Origin: Myxococcota bacterium
Lineage (GTDB): Bacteria; Myxococcota_A; UBA9160; JAFDDA01
Length of the DNA: 64,000 nt
NCBI GenBank assembly: GCA_965228475.1
Contig: OZ245817.1
Location: 576,001-640,000, forward strand
Direction of reading: 5' to 3'
Below the pieces are notes generated by a model, which was given only the letters and a program-made list of their open reading frames with translations, was not told the DNA's origin and searched no databases. Made by a program: the position numbers and the translations under genes. Shown one piece after another: positions 57,937-64,000 of this stretch. Within the stretch, counting starts at the first letter, position 1. Every line of letters begins with the position of its first letter.

Positions 57937-60228
57937 ATGGAACGCCGAACCGAACGCGCCGCCGCCGCTCGACGGCCGGGGCTCCTTGCCGGGGCGGCAC
58001 TCGTCCTGCTGGCCTTCGGGGTTCGCCTGATCAATCTCCCGGGGGTCTTTCGGGAGGGGATGACGCTCTTCGGGTCGGCCGACGCCTGGTATCACCTGCG
58101 GCGGATCGTCTACTCGGTGACGAACTTCCCGCAGACACTCGGCTTCGATTCCTACCTGAATCATCCGAACGGCGGCATCAGCAACTGGCCACAGACCTTC
58201 GACTGGCTGCTCGCCGCCTTCGCCCGGATCACGGTGGGCCCGGGCGACGTCCTCGCGATCGAGCGGGTCGTCTCCTTCGCACCTCCGCTCCTGGGCGCGG
58301 CCGCGGTGGGCGCCGTGTTCTGGCTCGGCGCGCGGGTGTTCTCCCCTGCGGTCGGGTTCTTCGGCGCGCTCTTCCTCGCGCTGCTCCCCGGCCACGTCCA
58401 CTTCTCGAAGCTCGGCTTCGTGGATCACCACGTCGCGGTGATCCTGCTGCTGCTCGCGGCGATGATCGCGACCGCCGCGCTCGTCGCATCGCCAGCGGGG
58501 CCGCACGGGGCCGGACGCCTGCGCCGGGCGTGCGTCGTCGGTGTCCTGCTCTCGGCGATGCCGCTGCTCTGGCCCGGAGCGCTCCTGCACATCGGCTTGT
58601 TCCAGCTCTTCTTTGCCGCCTTCCTGCTCTCGCGGGAGCGCCGGGAGGATGCGGCGGCGTGGGCGGGCACCCTGGCCGCGACCCAGGGCGTCGCGGCGCT
58701 CCTCCTCCTGCCCTTCGCCCTGCGCGGGACGTGGGACGCCTTCGGGACGTTCTCGTTGATCGCGCTCTCGCGCTTCCACCCGCTCTGGCTCGGATCCGCG
58801 GCCGTGCTGTTCGGCGTGCTGGCCTTCCTCTGGCGCCGCTCCGAGGTCTTCGAGGGGCGCATGGCCCGCCTGGGCCTCGCCGGCGGGCTCGGCGTCGCGG
58901 GCGTCGGCCTGGCGCTGCTGGTTCCGGAGCTCCGGGCGAGCGTGGCCTCGGGGCTCGGCTGGTTCGGGACGGAGCAGCGCGCCGACTTCCAGCAGTTCGT
59001 CGCCGAGCTCCAGCCCCTGTTCGTGCGCGGCGGCCGCTTCGCGCCGGCCGAGGCGGAACTCGCGCTCTCCCGCGCGGTGTATCTCTACCCGCTGGCGTGG
59101 GGCGCGCTCGCGCTCCATGCCGTTCGCCACGGGCTCGGGCCCGGCGCCGGGCTCGTCGTGCTGTGGGGAGGCGTCGCGGGCGGGCTCGTCCTGCTGCAGA
59201 ACCGCTTCCTCGGGTTCTTCTCGCCCGTCTACGCGCTGGTGCTCGGCTGGGGCGCCGTCGAGCTCGCGCGCTTCCTGCGCGACCGGCTGCAGGGGCGCTC
59301 CGCCGCGGTCCGTGCAGCCGTGACGCTGGCCGCGCTCGTCGGGGCGGGGTTCCTGGCCGCTCCCTCGGTGCCCTTCTACCGGGGAGCCCTCGGCGCACTC
59401 CTGGCAACGGCGACGCCGCCCCCGGCGGGCTTCGAGGCGCACCAGGCCCAGCTGATCGAGATCGGCCGCTGGATGCGAGCGCACACGCCCCCGACGCCGG
59501 GGTTCCTCGAGCCGGGCCCCCGTCCCGAGTACGGCGTCCTCGCGAACTGGTCCGATGGCCACGCCCTGCGCTACGCGGCCGAGCGTCCGATGCACCAGGA
59601 CAACTACCTCGGCCACACGGCGCACGGGGGCCCCGAGATCTTCGAGGCGTGCGAGGCCTACTTCGGCGCGGCCACGGAAGCCGAGGCGCTCGAGGTCGGC
59701 CGCGCGCTCGAGACCCGCTACGTGCTGGCCGGCCCGGCCGGCTCGGGGCACAGCCTCGGGTACGGTCTCGAGAGCGTGTTCGTCTCGATGCACCGGCGCC
59801 TCGGGAGCTACGGCGAGCATCGCGCGGCCGGGCAGGTCTTCCGCTTCCCCGCGCTGCGTCACCATCGTTTGATCCGGCAGTGGATCCCGGGCGGTCAGCC
59901 GGCGGCGGCGCAGCGGCTCTTCGAGCGCGTGGCCGGAGCGCGGGTCGAAGGGAGCGCGGCTCCCGACGCGCTCGTCGAGGCGCGGCTCATGCTGCGCGTC
60001 GGCGCGGGGCGCTTCGAGTACGTTCAGCGCGACCGAGCGGATTCGTCGGGGCGCTACGCGCTCGTCCTGCCCTACGCGAACGAACCCTTCAGTCCGGACG
60101 TCGCAGCCATCGGCCCCTGGCGGATCGAGAGCGGCGGTCTGCGCAGCGAGCTCCGCGTGAGCGAGTCCGCGGTGCAGTCGGGCGGCCGGCTCGAGGGGCC
60201 CGGGTTCGCCGAGCCCTCATCGGGCTGA
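57937..60228 (+). CDS. STT3/AglB-like oligosaccharyltransferase (GT-C)
   Basis: About 13 TMs; DAWYHLRR, FDSYLNHP, DHH, VAELQP (TIXE-like), NWSDGH at the WWDYG position. Confidence 0.82.
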   Translation: MERRTERAAAARRPGLLAGAALVLLAFGVRLINLPGVFREGMTLFGSADAWYHLRRIVYSVTNFPQTLGFDSYLNHPNGGISNWPQTFDWLLAAFARITVGPGDVLAIERVVSFAPPLLGAAAVGAVFWLGARVFSPAVGFFGALFLALLPGHVHFSKLGFVDHHVAVILLLLAAMIATAALVASPAGPHGAGRLRRACVVGVLLSAMPLLWPGALLHIGLFQLFFAAFLLSRERREDAAAWAGTLAATQGVAALLLLPFALRGTWDAFGTFSLIALSRFHPLWLGSAAVLFGVLAFLWRRSEVFEGRMARLGLAGGLGVAGVGLALLVPELRASVASGLGWFGTEQRADFQQFVAELQPLFVRGGRFAPAEAELALSRAVYLYPLAWGALALHAVRHGLGPGAGLVVLWGGVAGGLVLLQNRFLGFFSPVYALVLGWGAVELARFLRDRLQGRSAAVRAAVTLAALVGAGFLAAPSVPFYRGALGALLATATPPPAGFEAHQAQLIEIGRWMRAHTPPTPGFLEPGPRPEYGVLANWSDGHALRYAAERPMHQDNYLGHTAHGGPEIFEACEAYFGAATEAEALEVGRALETRYVLAGPAGSGHSLGYGLESVFVSMHRRLGSYGEHRAAGQVFRFPALRHHRLIRQWIPGGQPAAAQRLFERVAGARVEGSAAPDALVEARLMLRVGAGRFEYVQRDRADSSGRYALVLPYANEPFSPDVAAIGPWRIESGGLRSELRVSESAVQSGGRLEGPGFAEPSSG

Positions 60229-60258
60229 GAGGACGACTCATCGGGCTGAGAGGACGAC
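60216..60258. repeat. exact 21-bp tandem duplication at a convergent gene junction
   Basis: CTCATCGGGCTGAGAGGACGA x2. Confidence 0.95.
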
Positions 60259-61452
60259 CGGGAGATCGACCCAGCCGTTCATCAGGCTCGAGGGCAGGGC
60301 GACGGCCTCGCCGGCCGGCTCGACGTGGGGCAGGTGGGGGAGCAGCTCCTCGAACAGCACGCGGGCCTCGAGCCGCGCGAGGGAAGCGCCGAGGCAGAGG
60401 TGTTCGCCGAAGCCGAAGGCCAGGTGCTGGCGCGCCGTCGGCCGGTCGATGTGGAACTCCGCGGCGTCGGCGCCGAAGACCTCCTCGTCGCGATTCGCCG
60501 AGGCGTAGAACATCGCCACCCAGTCGCCTTCGCGGATCGTCCGCCCGCGCAGTTCGACGTCGCGCGTGGCGTTGCGGCAGAAGTTCCGCACCGGGCTCAC
60601 CAGGCGCAGCATCTCTTCGATGGCGTTCGGCAGGAGCTCCGGTTCGCGCACGAGCCGGGCGAGCTGGTCCGGGTGCTCGAGTAGGAGCTGCGTGCCCCCC
60701 GAGATGAGGTTCCGCGTGGTCTCGTTCCCGGCGACGAGCAGCGTCACCAGGAACATCACCACCTCCGGGTCCGAGAGGCGGTCGCCGTCGACCTCCGCGG
60801 TGACGAGCCGGGAGAGCACGTCCTCGCGTGGCTCCTTCCTGCACTCGGTCACCCGCTCCCCGAGGTAGCCGAAGAGCTCGGTGAACGCGCGCGTGGTGTC
60901 TTCGTCGAAGATGCCGGCTCCTGCCCGGATGATCTGATCCGACCAGCGCCGGAAGTCGTCGCGGTCTTCCGACGGGACGCCGAGCATCTCCGCGATCACG
61001 AACATCGGGAGCGGGATGGAGACGGCGTCCACGAAGTTGATGCGTTCGCCGCGGGGCACGGCGGCCAGCGACTCGCGCGCGATCTCCCGGATGCGACCCT
61101 CGAGGGCGGCCGTCGCGCGCGGGGTGAAGGCGCCGATGGCGAGCTTGCGGTGCCGGTTGTGCTCGGGCGGGTCCATCATGATGATGTTCGGCGCCACCCG
61201 GTTCCAATCGATCGGCGCCGCGTCGGCGAGGCGCCGGTTCTCGTGGTCGAGGGCGATCTGGAAGATCTGCGAGCCTCGCGAGGAACAGAAATCCCGCGGC
61301 CGGCGCGAGATCTCCTGGACGTCGGCGTGGCGCGTGATGCACCAGAAGCGTCCGGCTTCGTACCAATGGACGGGGTCCTGCCTCCGCAACTCCGCAAAGG
61401 CGGCGTCGGGATCTTCGGTGTAGAAGTCGGCGGTCTCGGGAGCGAAGCTCAT
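60238..61452 (-). CDS. cytochrome P450
   Basis: MDPPEH, AGNETT, EEMLR, HLAFGFGEHLCLG heme motif. Confidence 0.95.
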   Translation of the reverse strand: MSFAPETADFYTEDPDAAFAELRRQDPVHWYEAGRFWCITRHADVQEISRRPRDFCSSRGSQIFQIALDHENRRLADAAPIDWNRVAPNIIMMDPPEHNRHRKLAIGAFTPRATAALEGRIREIARESLAAVPRGERINFVDAVSIPLPMFVIAEMLGVPSEDRDDFRRWSDQIIRAGAGIFDEDTTRAFTELFGYLGERVTECRKEPREDVLSRLVTAEVDGDRLSDPEVVMFLVTLLVAGNETTRNLISGGTQLLLEHPDQLARLVREPELLPNAIEEMLRLVSPVRNFCRNATRDVELRGRTIREGDWVAMFYASANRDEEVFGADAAEFHIDRPTARQHLAFGFGEHLCLGASLARLEARVLFEELLPHLPHVEPAGEAVALPSSLMNGWVDLPVVLSAR

Positions 61453-61565
61453 GGAGTCATCTCGGTTCCGGGCGTGAAGCCGTTCCTGCTCGTGCGTCCG
61501 ATTCTGTCGCAGTCCCATTCTACGGTGTCGCTCTCGTGCTTCCCATTCGCGTAGAGTCTGCGCCG

Positions 61566-63794
61566 ATGATGCCGAGCTCCGCCCGCAGCCGTGGTTCGAT
61601 CCCGTTCGTGTGCCTGCTCCTGACGTTCTGCGGACCTGCGGTTCCGGCCCTCGCGGAACCCCCGGCATCCGAGCCGGGGAATCCCGACGGCGACGGCTTC
61701 GTCTTCGAGGACGCCTTCGCCGTTCCCTTCGAGATCCGCCCGCGGACGGTGACCGCGCCCCGGCGCGAGGCGCCCGAGGAGCGGACGCCGATCTCGATCG
61801 GCGTGTTTTCCGAGGAGGACCTCGAGGACGCCGGCGCGACGGACACGCGCGACCTCCAGCGGATCGAACCGAGCGTCCACTTCAAGACCAATACCGTGCT
61901 CGGGCAGCCCTCGATCCGCGGCGTCGGAAGCGACCTGATCAGCGTCGGCGCAGACCCGAGCGTCGCGACGTTCGTCGACGACGTCGTCCGCACCCGTCCG
62001 GCCGCCGCCATCCAGGACCTCTTCGACGTCGACCGCGTCGAGGTCGTGAAGGGGCCGCTCGGAACGCTCTTCGGGCGCAACGCCACCGGCGGCGCCATCC
62101 GCATCTTCAGCAAGCGGCCCGGGCCCGAGCGCGAACTCTCGACCCGGATCACACTCGGGAACTACGACACGCTGCGCGTGCAAGGGGCGCTGAACCTGCC
62201 CTTTCTCGAAGACGCGCTCCGCCTGCGCATCTCCGGCCTCTGGGCCGAGCGCGACGGCTACAGCCGCAACTTCTTCCGCCGTGATCCGCTCGACGACGAG
62301 CGCCTCGGCTCGACCCGCGTGCAGCTCCTCGCCCGCCCGAGCGAGACGCTCGAGTTCCTCCTGCGTGGCGAGCACTCGCGTCAGCGGGACAGCCGCGGGC
62401 TCGCGAACGACCCGGACCCGCGCTGCTGCGTGAACGGAGGCATCCTGGCGGGTGGCCTCCTCGACGCGGACGTCCGCCGTCTCGCCCAGGACGAGGACAC
62501 CCACGCGGAGGTCGAGCGGTGGGGGACGAGCCTGCACGCACGCTGGGACGTCACGCCGACGCTGCGATTGACGTCGACGAGCGCCTTCCAGCACGACGAC
62601 TTCCGTGAAGTGCTCGACCTCGACGGCACGAGCGCACCCTTCGCGAGCAACCGCGTGAGCGAGGCCTCCCGAACCACGACCCAGGAGCTCCAGCTCACCT
62701 ACCGCGGCGAGGGCCGATTCTCCGGGCTCCTCGGGCTCTACTACCTGCACGAGGATGCGGCCCAGCGGCTGAACGTCTCGCTCGGGCTCGCGGGGACCCT
62801 CCATCAGCCGGGCGGAACCGCCCGGAGCGAGTCGGCTTCGATCTTCGGGGAGGGGCGCATCGAGCTCCTCCCGAGCCTCGCCCTGACCGCGGGCGTGCGT
62901 CTCTCCCGCGAATGGCGGAGCCTGCGCTTCGCCCAGCGCACGACGACCCCCGCGGCGACGGTGGACGTCGCCTCCCGCCAGCGCGAGCGCTGGAGCGTCT
63001 ACACCCCGCGCGCCGTGCTCGAGTTCACCCCGAACGACGACCTGCTCCTCTACCTGTCCGTCGCGCGCGGGTTCAAGGCCGGCGGCTTCAACAGCAACGC
63101 GCTGCAATCCTCCTTCGACCCGGAGTTTCTCTGGTCCTACGAGGCGGGCTTCAAGGTGGCCCTGGCGGACGCGCGCGTGCGGCTCGCGACGACGGCCTTC
63201 TACTACGACTACGACGACCTCCAGATCCTGACGCTCGCGCCCGGTGCTCCCGTCGGCGCGTTTCCCGTGATCGAGAACGCGGCGGCAGCGACGCTCTACG
63301 GTGTCGAGACCGAGCTCCGCGTGCGCCCCCGGGCCGGGCTCGACTTCCGCGGAAGCGTCGCCTTCCTGCAGGCCCACTACGACTCGTTCGACAGCGTCGA
63401 TCCGAACAACCCGACGGACGACCCGCGCCGCGACGGGGACCGCCTGCCCCAGGCGCCCAAGGCCAGCGGCTTCCTCGGCGTGACCTGGCGCCTTCCGCTG
63501 CCCCTCCCGAAACGCTTCGGCACCGTCGAGGCCCACGCGAACTGGTCGTTTCGCACGGAGGTCTACTACAACGCCTTCCAGGATCGCTTCGCACGCGAGG
63601 GCGCCTACGACGTCGCCGGGGCGCACCTGCGCTGGCGCGGGCCCGAGGGCCGCTTCGCCGTGACCCTCTTCGGCCGCAACCTCGGCGACGAGACCTACGC
63701 GACCACCGTCGTGCGCCAGGACCCGCTGGTGGGTTCGCTGCGCACGTTCGGAGCGCCGCGCACCTTCGGCGTGGAGATGGACGTCGGCCTCTAG
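61566..63794 (+). CDS. TonB-dependent receptor
   Basis: VTA, IRGVG, RVEVVKGP.GTLFGRNATGGAI, GFKAGGFN, GAPRTFG. Confidence 0.93.
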   Translation: MMPSSARSRGSIPFVCLLLTFCGPAVPALAEPPASEPGNPDGDGFVFEDAFAVPFEIRPRTVTAPRREAPEERTPISIGVFSEEDLEDAGATDTRDLQRIEPSVHFKTNTVLGQPSIRGVGSDLISVGADPSVATFVDDVVRTRPAAAIQDLFDVDRVEVVKGPLGTLFGRNATGGAIRIFSKRPGPERELSTRITLGNYDTLRVQGALNLPFLEDALRLRISGLWAERDGYSRNFFRRDPLDDERLGSTRVQLLARPSETLEFLLRGEHSRQRDSRGLANDPDPRCCVNGGILAGGLLDADVRRLAQDEDTHAEVERWGTSLHARWDVTPTLRLTSTSAFQHDDFREVLDLDGTSAPFASNRVSEASRTTTQELQLTYRGEGRFSGLLGLYYLHEDAAQRLNVSLGLAGTLHQPGGTARSESASIFGEGRIELLPSLALTAGVRLSREWRSLRFAQRTTTPAATVDVASRQRERWSVYTPRAVLEFTPNDDLLLYLSVARGFKAGGFNSNALQSSFDPEFLWSYEAGFKVALADARVRLATTAFYYDYDDLQILTLAPGAPVGAFPVIENAAAATLYGVETELRVRPRAGLDFRGSVAFLQAHYDSFDSVDPNNPTDDPRRDGDRLPQAPKASGFLGVTWRLPLPLPKRFGTVEAHANWSFRTEVYYNAFQDRFAREGAYDVAGAHLRWRGPEGRFAVTLFGRNLGDETYATTVVRQDPLVGSLRTFGAPRTFGVEMDVGL

Positions 63795-63808
63795 AAGAGG
63801 CGGCGGGG

Positions 63809-64000
63809 CTACTCGCCTTCGCTGCGCCGCAGGGTGGCGGCGCTCGAGCCGACCAGCGCGACCAGTTCTCCCTGGCGGCGCGTGTTCGTCTTGGCGAAGA
63901 CGCGCTTGAGCAGGGAGCGCCCGGTCTCGAGGGAGCGTTCGGTCCGCTCCGCGTACTCCGCGAGGGACATGCCCCGGCCGATCGCGACCGCCAGCCGGGC
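63809..64000 (-). CDS. C-terminal LuxR-type HTH of a regulator (truncated by the window edge)
   Basis: My translation: ARLAVAIGRGMSLAEYAERTERSLETGRSLLKRVFAKTNTRRQGELVALV...stop. Confidence 0.85.
   Translation of the reverse strand, partial: ARLAVAIGRGMSLAEYAERTERSLETGRSLLKRVFAKTNTRRQGELVALVGSSAATLRRSEGE

Overview
This is a very GC-rich (visually >70%), densely coding bacterial chromosomal window with about 65 CDSs. I found no rRNA, tRNA, CRISPR array, transposase or prophage. The TonB-dependent receptor and lipoproteins indicate a diderm. DUF1329, DUF3604, F420-linked enzymes, P450 and many acyl-CoA enzymes suggest a Myxococcota-type lipid or aromatic degrader, but this taxonomy is inference. 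Content includes housekeeping and metabolic genes (DAHP synthase, purC, an ilvC-like gene, a eukaryote-type UDP-glucose pyrophosphorylase, srkA, cbpA-cbpM-like, hisN-like, npdG), an arsR-arsI pair, a CoA-dependent catabolic cluster (about 9.8-18.9 kb), two-component systems and glycosylation genes. The most notable observations are: (1) a candidate leader-peptide attenuator (promoter, SD, 69-aa ORF with GGAFGLA repeats, overlapping antiterminator and terminator) upstream of a GNAT acetyltransferase at about 47 kb; (2) a nitrosocyanin-like cupredoxin lipoprotein that appears to have His in place of the Glu ligand; (3) an AglB/STT3-like oligosaccharyltransferase with a non-canonical WWDYG motif; (4) three adjacent, apparently degenerate glycan enzymes, including a coiled-coil plus methyltransferase-like giant; (5) a small tandem desulforedoxin-like protein heading the acyl-CoA ligase operon; (6) at least 13 genes with leaderless-type TANNNT-N6-9-ATG starts, plus a probable CTG start codon. 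All product calls come from motif recognition by eye, not from database searches.
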